A stretch of DNA of 53,928 bases, the filler included, from Jimgerdemannia flammicorona (Eukaryota): the NCBI GenBank assembly GCA_003990765.1. It is 2 parts of 2 records of this genome, joined end to end, with 100 filler letters (N's around TTAATTAATTAA, not from the genome) between each part and the next. Parts side by side here need not be neighbours in the genome. Positions count along the whole stretch, not along the records: positions 1 to 26,914 come from RBNJ01000680.1; 1 more part is not named here. One strand, 5' to 3'. The notes under the pieces are model-generated. The model ran no database searches and was not told the origin of the DNA. It was given only the letters and a program-made list of their open reading frames with translations. Of this stretch, positions 1-13,941 are shown one piece after another; within the stretch, counting starts at the first letter, position 1; every line of letters begins with the position of its first letter. Made by a program: the position numbers and the translations under genes.

Positions 1-38
1 TTTTTTTTTTTTTTTATAGTCACTTGGACTCCGCCTTT

Positions 39-3000
39 ATTACCAGTCTATGAATAAATATACATCATTCCAACCCACTATCCAATCCCCACAGGGGGGC
101 CCCTCCCTACTTCCTCATGAATGAAAATCACCCTTTCACCAACTACCCCAACTCTCCCCCCACTTTGCCCACAGATTTTCTCCACCAAGCAGCGCCTCTG
201 ACCACCCCACATCTCCCAACCCAGCCACCAGCCTGTTAAGGTGTCTTCCATAAGCCTATGCCATCACAGCAGTCAGTCCCCCAAGCTCTGTCTCCTCCCA
301 TTCTCAAAAACAAATAGCCAATGACTGGCCAGCCCCACCCAAATAGCTAAAGCCCAACCTAAAGTAAGCCACTCCTTCCCTATCCCCCCTACCAATCTAT
401 CTCTCAAGTCCTCCCACTGCCCCCATACTTCATCACCCCTACCCCGTACCCCTAAGTGATCCCCAATTTTCTGCCAAAAATCCCCCAACACCTCACACTC
501 TCCTAGCCAATGTTCTGGCATCTATACGTAACCCCCCTCCTGCCCTACATTATGGCACTCCTCACAGTCGAAGCAACCCCCTACAACAAGGTGCCCTGAG
601 CGAAAGTTGAGCATAATGTTCCTCTGCAGCATGCACCACCAGACCACCCAGTACTTTGGTGGTAGCTATGCTCTCACTGCAGCACTCCAGGTCCAAACAC
701 CATACCAGTTCCACTCTTTGCCAATTCCAACTCCTTGCCAACTGCTAGGCCACAGATCCTGGCCTGGTCCCCTTTGGTATTCCATTCCATCACTAATGTC
801 AAACTCAACTAAAGGAGCACCACCCAGCAGTATACGATCCCATCTCCACATTGCTGGGTCCCAATCCTCCTCACCTTCATTCTTCTGCTAACAAATACCA
901 ATGCAGTGCACTCCTTCTGCAATCCCTTACCAAAATCCTTTATATCGTAGTTGGGCAGTGTTCTGAAGCCCAACTAAGGAGAGGAGATTGCCAGTTGAGC
1001 CTCTTGGCGATGCCTGCCTCTCCTATATCTTCTGTAACAGAGGAACCCATCTATCTCCTCTCAACTCCACCGCCCTCTTCAGCCACCATGCTCTCAAGCA
1101 GTGTAACCATTTTGGGAAGTCAATCAGCCCAAATCCATCCCTTCGCCGACTTTATCAATCTCTTCACTACCCAGGCTGGGAAGTCCAGATGATATGCCAG
1201 GTACCACAACTTTGGCAGCCAGTAGACATTCAAAATCAAGACCCGCTCTACCAGAGAAAAATGTCTTCCCCCCAACTCTGCAGAGCCTCCTCCCAGATTC
1301 TAATCCTCTGCTCCCACCAAAGCTTAGGCAGAACTGACCCATAGACTGATAAGTAGATATCTAAGTACTGCACTGCTTCACCAGTGGGGACAATTGTTCC
1401 TATAACTTCCCCTCCCACCAGGCCATTACCAAGCACCATTGTCTCACACTTATGCCAATTCAGCTTAGCCCCAGAATACTCCTCATACCACTCCACAGTC
1501 CTCTTAAGCTCTTCAACATCAGCAATCGAACCCAAACCCACCACCATGTTGTCAGCAAAGGCCCCAACCTTCGATCCTATGCCAAAGACAGAGAGCCCCA
1601 CTATCCTCTGCCTAATTCAGTCCATAAGTGGTTCCAGGGAAAGGGCATACAAAATGGGGGACAATGGATCCCCCTGGGGCACCCCCCTACCCAAGGGGAA
1701 TGCTACCCCTCTATGTCCATTACATGTGAGTGCAGCCCTACTCCCTTTCAGTAGGCTGACCATTGTTGACTGGAATAGATGCAGTACCCCCATTCTATCC
1801 AAAACTTTCTCCAGCCAGACTCTTTGCACTCGGTTGTATGCCTTCTCCTGGTCCAAGAAGACTAGATGCCCATCCAGTCCACAGGCCCTTGCCCCTTTGA
1901 TAATGCCATGCACCTAGGCAGTGCCATCCCTGATGAGCCAACCACCCACAAATCCCCTCTGCTCAACACCCATGACTTGCTGGGCCACCTTCTGTAGTCT
2001 CACCACCACCACCTTAGTTACCAACTTTCTGTCCATATCTAGCAACATTATCGGCCGCCAGTTCTTCCAATCCTCCTGCCTTTCTTTGTTTTTGTAAAGC
2101 AGTGTCACCAGCCCAAGGTCCTGCTCCCCCACCCACCTCTCTGTCTGTAGAATAAGGTCACACAATGCTGTCATCTCTCCCATCACCTCTGGAACTCCAG
2201 CCATTCACTTCCAAAAGTCCCAGGGCAGACCATCCTCCCCAGGTACTATACCAGGCATTGTCGTGGCAAGAACCTGGTGGATCTCATCCTCCTGTATAGG
2301 CATCACCAGGTCCCCAAGCCCTTTGACTTGTGGTGGGTGCCAATCCTCCAATGTTCATTCAATTGTAGCGGCATCTGCCCCACTCTCCTCCTTACTTCAC
2401 AATCCACTCCATCTCTCCTTCAGCGATCCAAGAATGTCCTGTACACCATGCACCAGTATACCATCAGAGTCCAATACCCCTTCCCACTGTAGCTGGACCC
2501 GCCTCGCCCTAAGGGCCCTTGTAAGAAGCTTGGAAGGCCTCTCTCCTTCCTCCAGATCCTGCCAGCAAAGACATGCTGCCAAGCTCTGTACCCTTGCCTC
2601 TTTCTCCTCCCACAGCACCTGTTGAAGTTCCCCAACCTCTATTTTCGCCCTCATTAATCTCCAATCTTCTTCTCCCTCCAACATTGTCAGCCTTGCCCAC
2701 TCCTCCAGGAGCCTCATCAATCTAGCAGAGGCCCAGCGCACTCTTTGTTTTCACTGCTTCCCTGCCTCCTTGCCAGCCTCCCTCCAGTAAATTCTGGCCA
2801 TTTCCTTCATCCTCATTCACCGAGTCCCAACTGAGGTCCCTTCCTGCCTCCAGTTCTCCACCCTCAGTTGAATGTCTTTAGCCCACTCATCCCACCAGAT
2901 CTTGTCATCTAACAAAGAGGAATTGAGGCAGGCCCATCCCTACTTCCCCCAAAGCATCTCTGTCCCAAAAGCCCCCAGTGATCTGACCATGGATACCATT

Positions 3001-3658
3001 CCACCTCCAATGACTTCCAAATATCTAGTCCCCAGTAGCAGGCTGTCAAAATCTAGTCGATTCTAGTCCCCAGACCCCCTGCCCAATGTGTATAGACCCT
3101 CCTACTCCCCCAGCACTCCCTTCTAGCATCCAATAGTGCACTTAGTCTTTCTACCTCCTCCCACGCCACCAGTCCTCCACTCCTGCTCTCAGCACCTCAT
3201 TCTCCATCTGTTCTATCCAGCAGTATATCCCTAACCATATTGAAATCTCCCCCAAGCACATCCACCCCAGCCTCCGCAAGTAATCTACTCTCCTGTAAGC
3301 CTTTCACCCAATCTACTCTCTCACTCTGTACTGCAGAGCAGTAGCAGGAGCCAACCATAACTGGCCCCCAGCCTGCCCGAATCCACTCTCCCCAGACCAG
3401 TCTCTCCCCCCAGCACTGCACATTCTGTATCTCCCCTCTGCCTTTCCTAACCAAAATCTCAACCTTGCCTTTCCAAATCACCACACCTCCCCATTCCTTT
3501 GTCCATTCTAACCTATCAGAGTCATCTTCGTACTGGACATCCTGCAAGAGGAAGAGATCGGCCTCCAATCTCTTCATCCAAGTAAAAATATTCCTATGTC
3601 AAGAAGTGCTCCATAACCCATTCACATTCAAAGAGAAAATATTGGTTGTACTGTTCAT
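39..3658 (-). pseudogene. LINE ORF2 (AP endonuclease + reverse transcriptase + C-terminal Cys/His knuckle)
   Basis: Motifs MNSTTNIFSLNVNG, FLLQDV, VLGGDFN, WKNWRPIMLLDMDRK, LDQEKAYNRV, GRGVPQGDPLSPILY, AFADN (FADD-type), SGAKLNWHKC and C-terminal CEEC...EHWLGEC. Broken by several stops and frameshifts. Confidence 0.92.
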
Positions 3659-3691
3659 ATTGATGATATATGTGATGTTGTCAATCAGCCT

Positions 3692-5716
3692 CTACTGCTT
3701 CATGCTCATCTCCTTCTGTGCCTTGTCTAAATTATATTCCACAGCCACCTCCTCCTCTTCTGCCCTCTGAGCCTCCAATCCAGCCAGCAGTTCATTCATC
3801 TCTCCATCAGCCTTCTCCTCGAACTCCTCTCAGTATTCGATGCATGCCTCCTGCCAGAGCTATAGTCCATGTCACTTGTTCCAGCAGTATTCAGCCCTTT
3901 CTCCAGCAATGACCACCATCTCCTCCTCTCTCTCCTTATCCACCTCATACCCTTCCTCCTCCAGGTACACCGCAAGAATTTCCACCTTCAATGCCTTCAT
4001 TATGCTATCCCCCTGCAGTATTCCTGCCCAATGCTCATCACTCATCACTCGCAAGTCCACTTCCCCCAACTCTTCCGCCACCAGGTTATTCATCATCCGG
4101 TATATCCAAAGCAAATTCCCCACCTCTTTCCCCCCTGGAGTCGCCGGCCTCTCTCCATCCAATATTGTGGTGTCAGCTCCAGTACTTGCAGACTCATCTC
4201 ATACTTCCAGGACATCCACCAGTTCCTCCTCGCCAGCCACCACCACCTGTCCCCCATATGCTACCTCTGGAACTCTGAATTGCACCCTCTGGGCTCCTCG
4301 CATTAGCACATCTTCTACCACCCTATTCCGGGAAGCTGGGCCATGCCTGATGAGAGGGGTAGGGGTAGGAGAGCCCACCCAGTCCTCCTCCCACACCTCC
4401 AGTGTACCATCTGCATATGGGTCCTTCCCAGCCTTCTTCTTGTCCTCTCCCGCCTCCTTCTTGTCCTTCCCCTCCCCCTCGCCAGCCCAGACACTCACTT
4501 CTGCTCCCCCTGTGCCCTTCACCTTGCTCGCCTCCCCCAGTGGTCTGCTATCCAGCTTGGCCAGCAACTCCTTCTGTCTCTTATGCCTCTGAGCTCTTTC
4601 CCACTGCTCCTTGATCACTCGAATCTGCTTTCCATCCACCACCTCCAAGTGTGTCGCCTCTACAAAAGCCTCCCAAGCCTTCGCTCGCCTCTCCACAGCA
4701 CCACCCAGCTCTTCTAGTACTTCCAGTAAATCCTCCTCCTCCTCCTCACTTCCCTTCACCCTTGTCACCTTACACAGAATTGCTCCCCAGACCATCGCCG
4801 AAGGCCAATCCCTTGCCTTCCCAGTAGCTTCTTTCCCAGCCAGCCAAATCCTCACATCCACATCACCAGTCCTGAGCGAGGTCCCTTCCCAGACCCTGAA
4901 CCTGATATCCACCACCTCACCATATTCTGCCATGAAATCCTCAACTCTCTTCCTGGTCTCCATCACCATCACCATCAGCACTCCTTTCACCAGCAGTTGG
5001 ACCACCCTGGGGTCCCACTTCAGGCACTGTGCCATTGGAACACACACCTCCCCAACTACCAATCCAACCTTCAGCACCTCCTCCAGCAGTACCGCCTCCT
5101 CAAAACCCACTTCCACTCCTTCCAGTCCCTTCAAAAACTTCACAGATGCCGCACCTGCCACCTGCTTAGTGATGAGCCCCAGCACCATTTTCGCCATCAC
5201 TGCCAGGCCCCAGAAGCACAGTGTGACTGCGAATGCCGAAATCGATTTCTTGAGTAATGGGGCCACTGCCAGACCCATTACACCATCCGCCAAGTCCCCT
5301 TGTCTTCTAAGCCTCAGCCGCTCAGCCTCACCATCAGCCGTCACATATGGATTTTTTTCCAGATCGACCATCCCAATACCATCAGCAGTCGCACCCCCCC
5401 CAGCCACTACTCTCCCAGCTCCACTGCCCCCCCTTCCAAGGGCCGCTCCCCCCAGCACTGTCGCCTTCTCAGTCTCCTTGCCCTTCCTCAGCCAGCCCTC
5501 CAGCCCTAATACCTGCTGTCTCCCCTTCACCATCTCTGCAAAGCTTGCTCTCCCAGATCCTGATCTTCCACCACCTCCTCCACCCCTTCCATGTCCACCC
5601 ACCAGCAGGCCCCTCATACCTCCCCCCAGGCCTGGACCCCTCCCCACCTGCTGCCAGTCGAAAGTGCTTGGGCCACCCTGCTCAGTACGTACCTCAGGTT
5701 GCCTGTCGATTGCTAT
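3692..5716 (-). pseudogene. LINE ORF1 (RG/G-rich N-terminus, RRM-like segment, charged helical C-terminus)
   Basis: The 482-aa frame at 4199-5647 continues through 3872-4162 to a TAG at 3692-3694; a TAG occupies the same position in the other copies. RRM-like YGEVVDIRFRVWEGTSLRTGDVDVRIWL. The probable start codon has decayed to ATA at ~5716. A 33-nt spacer separates it from the ORF2 ATG. Confidence 0.8.
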
Positions 5717-5804
5717 GTTGTTAGTCTCTTTTCACTAAAAATGATGTCAAAAGTACCTTCCAAAGGTTGTGTAACCTGAATGGTACTGGAAAGAGATGAC
5801 TGGC

Positions 5805-8800
5805 CACCCACTGCTCCTATCAAAGTCATAATAGGACTGACCCATATATCAAAAGATAAATATCTAAGTATCTTATAGTCTCTCCAGTAGAGACAATTGT
5901 TCCAATGACATCCCCTCCCACCAGGCCATTGCTCAACACCATCATTTCACACTTGTACTAGTTGAGTTTAGCCCCAGAGTATACCTTATACCACTCTACT
6001 GTTTTCTGGAGTTCCTTGATATCAGTAATCAATCTCAGGCCAACTACTATATTATCTGTAAAGACTTCAACTTTCCATACAATTCCAAATACTGAGAGCT
6101 CTACTATCTTCTGCTGAATCCTATTCATCAAGGGCTCTAAGAATAAAGTATACAAAATAGAAGACAGCAGGTCCTCCTAGGGAACACCCCTACTCAGAAA
6201 AAACATCACTCCTCAATGTCTATTATATATAAGTGCTGCTCTACTCTCTTTCAGTAGGCTGATTATTACTATTCAGAACTACTGAGAAATACCAATTCTA
6301 TCTAGTACCTTTACTAACCAGATTTACCAAATATAATTATATGCCTTCTTCTAATTCAAGAAGACCAATCTCTCATCCAGTCTACAGGCTTAAGCCTCTT
6401 CAATAATGCTATATACCTAAGTTATATCATCCCTAATGAGCTGGCCCTCTATAAAACTTTACTGCTTCTCACCCAAGACTTACTAGGCCACCTTCTGCAG
6501 TCTCACTACTACCACCTTGGTGATCAACTTTCTATCCATATCTAGAAGTATAATAGGCCACCAGTTCTTTCAGTTCTCTCTCCTGTCTTTGTTCTTATAA
6601 AGCAGTACCACTAGCCCTAGATCCTGCTCACCCACCCATCTCTCTGACTATAGTACTAAGTCATATAGTATCATTAACTCTCCTATCATACCTGAGACTC
6701 CCAGCATCTTCTTCCAAAAGTCCCAGAGCAGATCATCCTCTCTTAGTATCATATCCAGTATAGTCATAGCAAGAATCTGGCAGATCTTCTCCTTCTATAC
6801 TAGTATTATCAAGCTGCCTAACCCATCTACTTATGGTAGATGACAATCCTCCAAAGCATATTCAATAGTAGTAGCATCAGCCCCACCCTCCTCCTTACTC
6901 TATAAACTACTCTACCTCTCCTTTAGTAAGCCTAGAATATTCTATAGACTATATACTAGTAGTCTATCCAAATTCAGTACTCTCTCCCTGACTCTCCTTG
7001 CCCAAAGGATTCTTGAAAGGTACTTAGAGAGCCTCTCTCTCTCTTCCAGCCCCTGCTAGTGTAATTATATAGCCAAACTCTTCACCTGTAACTCCTCCTC
7101 CTCTCTCAACACCTATTGTAACTCTGCTACCTCCAGCTTAGCCTGCATCAACCTCCAGTCCTCTACCCTCTCCAGGGCCAAAAGACTTGCCCAATTTTCC
7201 AAAAGTCTAGCTAATTTAGCAGAAGCTCAGGACACCCTCTTCCTCCTCTACCTTCCAGCTATCTTGCCAGCCTCTCTCTAATAAACCCTAGCAGTCTCCT
7301 TCAACCTTATCCATTAGACACTAACTAGGGCACCCTCATATATCCAACTCTCTACTCTCTGTCAAATATCCTCAGTCCACTTATCCTACAATGCCTTCTC
7401 AGTCAATAAAGAGGAATTAAGATACCAATGTCTAGGCCCATCTCTGCTCTCCCTAAAATAACCCTGTCCCAACAGCCCCTAATGATCAGACTATAGATAC
7501 CACACAGCCTCTAGTGACTTCCAAACATCCAAACCCCAGTAGTCTGCTGTCAGTACTCAGTCAATCCTCATCTCTAGGCCATTTGCCCAGTATGTGTACA
7601 CTCTCCTATCTCTCCAAAATCTCCTTCCAGCATCCACCAGAGAGTCCAGCCTTTTTATATCCTCTTACATCTCCAGGCTCCTGCTCCTACTCTCAGCCCC
7701 CCACCCTCCATCAGTTCTATCTACCAGCACATTTCAGACCATATTAAAGTCTCCTCCAAGAATATCTACTCTAGTCTCTGTGAGGGCCCCACTCTTCTAG
7801 AGTCTCTTCATCCATTCTACTTGCTCACTCCACACAGTAGAGCAGTAGCAGGAACCCACTATAACTAGCTCCCAACCTGGTCAAATCCACTCTCCCCAAA
7901 CTAGCCTGTCTCTCCAGCTCCTCATATCTTGTATCTCCCCTCTGCCTCTCCAGACCAGGATTCCAACCTTATCTCTCCAAACTGTCTCACCTCCTCATTT
8001 TTTCATCTATTCTAGTCTATCTAAATCATCTTCACATCTAATATCCTACAAAAGAAAGAGATTAGCCTCCAAATACTTTAGTTAAGTAAAAATGTTCTAA
8101 TGTCAAACCAATCTCCATAGCCCATTTATATTCAAAAAAAAAAAAAATTACTGTACTATTTATAAGAAATAATATTAAAAGTCATATATATTCTCTATAA
8201 CTCTATATTTATCTCCTGTACCAAGTCCAAATTGCATTCATTAGTCATCTCCTCCTCTTCAACCCTCTTAGTCTCCAATTCCACCAGAAGTTCAGCCAAC
8301 TCTCTATCCTCCTTTTCCTCAAAGTTTTTATAATACTCTAAGCAGACTTCCTACCAGAGCTGTAATTCATGTCTCTCTGCCTACCAGAGGATAGCCTACT
8401 CTCTAGCAATAACTACCAGCTCTGCCTCCCTCACCTTATTGACCTCATATCCTTTCTCTTCTAAGAAAACTGCAAGCACCTCCACCTTCAGGGTCTCCAC
8501 CACACTATCTCTATATAGGATTCATACTCATTGATTATTACTAAGTACTCTCAGGTCCATATCACCCAACTTCTCAGCTACTAAGTTGTTTATCATCTGA
8601 CACATCTACTGTAGGTTTTCCACCTCCTTACCACCTGAAGTCAATGGTCTCCCCTCTCTCAGTATTAAGATATCAGCTCTCACACTTGCAGTCTCATCTC
8701 ACTCCTCCTCAGAGACATCTACCAGTTCATCCTTACCAGTCACCACTACCTATCTCTCTTTTACTATCTCAGAAACTCCAAAGTATACTCACTGGGCTCC

Positions 8801-10400
8801 TTGTATAGACATATTCTCTGCCACCCTACCCCTTGAGACTGGATTCTTTCTGATAAAAGAAGGAGTGTCCTCCTAGACTTCAAATATACTATTTACATAT
8901 GGGTTATTACTTGGTGCCTTCCTGATCTCTTCCAGACCCTTCTCTATCTTTTCTCTACCTTTACTGGCCCAGACACTCACTTTGACTCCCCCAGTACTCT
9001 CAATGTCACCAGTATTCCTCTTTGTCTTCCTCTCTAGACTTGCTAGCAACTCTCTCTATCTCTTGCATCCTTAGAACCTCTCCTATAGTCCCTTATCAAT
9101 ATAGATGCACTTTCCATCCACTACCTCCAAATATATTAACTCTACATATATCTTCCAAGCCTTTACCCTCTGCTCTATTATACTACTCAACTCCTTCAAT
9201 ACCTCTAACAAATCCTCCTCCTCCTTCTTACTCCCCTTCACCCTTGTCATCTTACATATGAAGACCCTCTATACTATTACTAATAGTCAACTCTACATAT
9301 ATCTTCCAAGCCTTTACTCTCTGCTCTATTATACTACTCAACTCCTTCAATACCTCTAACAAATCCTCCTCCTCCTTCTTACTCCTCTTCACCCTTGTCA
9401 CCTTACATATGAAGACCCTCTATACTATTACTAATAGTCAATCACAAGTCTTCCCAGTAGCCTCCCTCTTAGCTAACTGAATCTGAACATTAATATTTCT
9501 GATCCTGAATGAGATCTCTTCTCAGATCCAAAACCCAACATCAACTATCTCTCCATACTTGGCCATGACCTCCTCAACTCTCCTTCTCATCTCTACAGTA
9601 GTCACTATGAGTACTTCTTTTACCATAAGTTGTACCACTCTGGGGTCTCATCTCAAGCAATATACTATTGGGATACACAACTCACCAATAGTTAGCTCAG
9701 CCTTCAGTATATTCTCTAATGGCCCAGCCTTCTCAAAGTCCACCTCTATCCCTTCCAAACTCCTTAGGAACTTTACAGATAATGCACTACCTATCTGCTT
9801 AGCAATCAGCTCTAAGATTATTTTTGCTATTACTACTAAGCCCTGGAAGTATAAAGTAACCACAAACTCCAAGATTAACTTTTTGAGTAATAGGGCCACC
9901 ACTAGGCCTATCACATCATCTATCAGGTCTCTCAATCATCTAGGCCCTATCTTCCCAACCTCACTATTAGCAGTTACATTTGGATTTTTTCCAAATTGTT
10001 AGTTACTGTTCTATCAGTAGTCACACTCCTAGCTATTATACTATCAGTCCTACTCTCTAACACTCCTAAGGAAGCCCCTTCTGGCCCCCCAACAGCAGCC
10101 TTCCCCTTACTACCCTACAGCCATCTATTCAGTCTAGCTGCTATACTCCTCTACTTGATCTTCTCAGCAAAGCTCATCTACTTCCCCTCTAGCCACACTA
10201 TGCCTCCTCCTCTACTGCTGCTGACCCCTCTTTCTTTCAATAAAGTGCTCAGTATTCCCAACCCTGCTCCCTGCCCCCTCTCTATATACTGCCAACCAAA
10301 TATACTGGGGCTACCCTACTCAGTACACTCTATAGAACTCCAATTTGAGGACATGTTCCTAAGATATTTCTCCAAAGAATGGTATAAAAATAGTTGATAT
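5805..10400 (-). mobile_element. LINE copy 2, same family, heavily decayed; its 3' ~1.3 kb is absent at the junction with copy 1
   Basis: Colinear with copy 1 from ~1305 upward. Remnants YTLFLEPL, VFTDN, YSGAKLN and ORF1 segment VIGLVVALLLKK...EGIEVDFE. Confidence 0.9.
9138..9441. repeat. 151-bp tandem duplication inside LINE copy 2
   Basis: AACTCTACATATATCTTCCAAGCC starts at 9138 and again at 9289. The units differ at about 3 positions, all C/T. Confidence 0.92.
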
Positions 10401-13400
10401 ATATTTGTATAATATGAGGTATATCAGGAAGAGGTTATAGCTCTGTATTGTACTTTATCCTATATATCTACTTGGATCCAATTACTTGATAGTTTAGTAA
10501 AAGAGATATTAGATCCTAGATACTATTCTTAATAAGCAAATCATATTTCTCATCTATCATATGTTTCCATTTCTTACTGTCCAGATATTGTATAGCCTTA
10601 TTATATGTGCTTGACTTACCAGAAGATATCACAATATATATACATTTGTATGCTTTGGTATTGCTTATATAGTCTTGATATTACTACTATCTAGAGCTTA
10701 CTGATATATCCCAATAACTTCCTAATTCTGAATACATCTCTCAGTATATATTGGAGTGTTTTTACATTTGTTTATCATTTATAGAAGATTCTTTACCATT
10801 AGAGGATTCACTATCATCTTCATCTTTAATCTCAGTGATCCTTAGCTCAGATAACTCTAGCTCAGATATATATAGTAGTTGAAAATAGTTTTAATTAACT
10901 ACTGGAATCATTGAAGATATTGGCAGTACCAGTTGTTGCACTAGCTAGAACATAGATGTAGAGATCTCTATAGATATTTCTATATAGATCTCCTCATTAT
11001 TTCCATTTTTATTAAATTGTACATTATGTGAAATTACTACATATATCTTATATATAGATTTCAAAGCCTATATAATTTTCCACTATATTCTAGAAGTATA
11101 TGCTTGACTACCTTTAGCTTGAATTTATACTAATTGATATTGTTTTTGTTGAGAATATATATTTTATAACTAAATATATATAGATAGGATATATTTGGCT
11201 TAGATCTACTTTATAATTCTTTAAGAGTAAAATTATCATCCTTATGTTTATTGTTGCTAGCTTTCTTACTTAGTGATCAAGATATATACTGATTGTGGAT
11301 ATATATCACTATGTTGATGGCTTCAGCCCAATAGGAATATCCTAGACTAGTGACATTGATCATTATATATGACATTTCTATAGCTATATGGTTAAATCAC
11401 TTGGCCACATCATTTTGCTGAGATATATAAGGAGCTATTATTTGATAACTTATACTGTATTTTGTCAAAAATTGTCTGAATACATTATTGATATATTTGT
11501 ATTCATTATCTAAGTATATAGTATATATTCTATATTCTATTTTATTCTTGGTAATTGTTTTAAATTTTTTAAATTTCTTTAAGACTTTGCTTTTCACTAA
11601 TAGGAAATATACATATGTCTTATATGTATAATTATTAATAAATATCAGAAAATATCTTTTACCAGAATATAATGGAATATATATTAGACTATATATATCT
11701 ATATGGATTAGATTGAGAATCTCTAAGATATACTTTAATCATTCTTTGAACAGTTACTAGGAAGCTTTGTTTTTCACATATACCTTACAAAAGTTATTCT
11801 CCAGATATATATATATATACCAGCAATATACTTACAGAGTTACTTCTTATCATACATATGTTTGAGGCTCATCTTGCTGATATATCCTAAGTATTGATAT
11901 TATATATTAAATATATTAAGTATAGTTATTATATAGAGAGGCTTTTATGTCATTTGGTATTCTATTAATTATATAAAGATTACTATATTTCAAGACTGTT
12001 ATTAGCTCATTGTCATGTGAATCATATGTATATTGTAGTACTCTTTGAATATATATAGATCTCCTTATTATTATGAGTCATCATTTTGCTAATAGAGAAG
12101 AGGTTCTTTCTTATCTCTAAAGTATACAGTATATCTATAAAAGTAGTAGTAGACTTGATGACATTTCTATAGAGATATATCCTCATATTTCTCTTTTCTT
12201 AAGCATAGATGACATTATTATCTCTTAGTTTGATAGGTACAGAGTACTTAAAAGACTTATATATAGAGAACTATTCTCTATATAGTATTATACATTGAGT
12301 GGCTCCAGAATCTATTAGCCAGATATTATTATCATTAGCTATATTGGTAGTATATTTATTAGATATATACTTGAAGAATATATGATTATTGATGATGTTG
12401 ATATTATTACCACTTTTTGTCAAATAAAAAGTATTTTGCTATTGACCAGAATTTATAGATAATAGGTTGGTAGATTTGGCAGTAGATCTTATACTGGCAG
12501 AACTAATATTAAAGATAGTAGAACTAGTAGCTTATATAAAAAATAGATTATTACTTTTATTAGTTTTAGTGGTATTTGTATTACTATACTTTTCTTAATA
12601 GTTCCTGTACCCATATTACCAATACTAGCTGCTTATTTTTATCACTCTCTATATCATTTTCTCAGCTATAGTAATAGTATTTCCTATGTCCATACTTACT
12701 GCAGTAATCACAGTAACCATCATACTTGGTTGATTGGCTAGACTGATTATTACATTGTTAAGCTTAGGGTTGGGTTTGTCCTCTTTAGTCTTATTGTTGA
12801 TTATACTTTTGACCTTATTTGACACTATGTCTGCAGGACTTATAGAAGGTGTTTTTGGTATTGTTAGCACCACTTCCTTGGCTCATTTCCTCATTTATAA
12901 GGCTTATTATTATATAGACAAAATCTGAAAGTCTCCCACTCTTATATATGGCTACTACTACAATATTATACATATCTAGAAGTTCTCTTATGAGTGCTAT
13001 AACCTTGTCTTTATTCTCAATACAATCTGCAGACATGCTGAGAGAATTCACTTAATTTACCAGATCATTGACATGACTAATATATTTATAGATGCTCTTC
13101 TTAAGCTTTATTTGAAGATTAAATAACTGAGATTTCAGATAGAATTAATTCAATATAGATGCTTATATGTAATGATTATATAGAGCTTTCTATGTCTCAT
13201 GAGCTATTATAGTATATATTATAAGCTTCATTTATAAGTTTAACAATATGAATACAATCTTATATAATGCTCAGTAATTATTTGTAATATTATAATCTTG
13301 AATTAGTACTTGTGGTTTTGTATACTCTGCCAAGCTACATTTGTTAAAGAGATTCATCATATGAAATATCCAAATGGTATAGTCTCTCTCATTGAAGATT

Positions 13401-13750
13401 AGGATAGACCTCTTGGCTGTATTTATACTAATAATTAGAACTGTATTTCTTACATATATCTATTGAGGTTATACTCATAGTTGGCAGAATGTTTGTAATT
13501 GGCATATCTATTTTCATACTTATATTACTAGGCTGATCATCAGACATTTCTAGTATAATATATTTTAAAGAGATATATTTATTTGCTATAGCTACTTAGT
13601 ACTAGTAGAGCTCATAACCTTTATTATAAAGAAAGGGGCATTTTATTGAAGTTGTATAAGTTACATATTTTATGCTTTATTAATGAATGATATAAATCTG
13701 ATGAAATAGCATAAGGTTACATACTGATATATTGAGTTGTTATTTCAATA
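10400..13750 (-). mobile_element. Ty1/Copia LTR retrotransposon relic (PBS, gag, protease, integrase, start of RT), truncated by LINE copy 2
   Basis: Minus-strand AGGTTATGAGC at ~13610-13620 is a typical Copia PBS-region motif. Gag PIFNERDYTIW (~13375-13410), protease IWLIDSGATQ (~12295-12325), integrase LIHIDI...GKRYFLIFINNY, KSKVLKKFKKFK...APYISQQNDVAK and YWAEAINIVIYI. Order PR-IN-RT. A short LTR at ~13621-13750 is uncertain. Confidence 0.85.
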
Positions 13751-13941
13751 CTCTCTTTGTTTTCTTCAGCTTTTTGATTTCTATAATCTTAGATTATAAT
13801 ATTGAAAAAATTAGCATCTATACTAATTAAATATTTTTATTTATAAAAGAGATTATAGAGTTGTAATTTCTGTAATAAATAGAATTTCTCTAATATAATC
13901 TAAATTGATAACTCTTTTTTCAATAAAGATTTCACTTTTGG

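Larger units (their letters stand above)
1..5797 (-). mobile_element. L1/Tx1-like non-LTR retrotransposon (LINE), copy 1, near full length, degenerate
   Basis: Poly(A) tail (T16 at 1-16) with AATAAA on the minus strand at 36-41. ORF2 has APE, RT and a C-terminal Cys motif; ORF1 lies upstream. The 5' end is defined by loss of homology with copy 4 (GTAACCTGAATG.TACTGGA at ~5771 and ~31656). Confidence 0.93.

Noticed and set aside
3659..3694. In-frame ORF1-TAG-ORF2 arrangement suggesting read-through
   Set aside because: ORF2 has its own ATG and the spacer is not conserved in sequence between copies; reinitiation is sufficient.
3840..5738. Long plus-strand Ser/Pro/Thr-rich ORFs (250 and 375 aa), and similar ones at 1384-1917, 9559-10002 and 29830-31243
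   Set aside because: Antisense shadows of the purine-rich LINE ORFs; no independent motifs.
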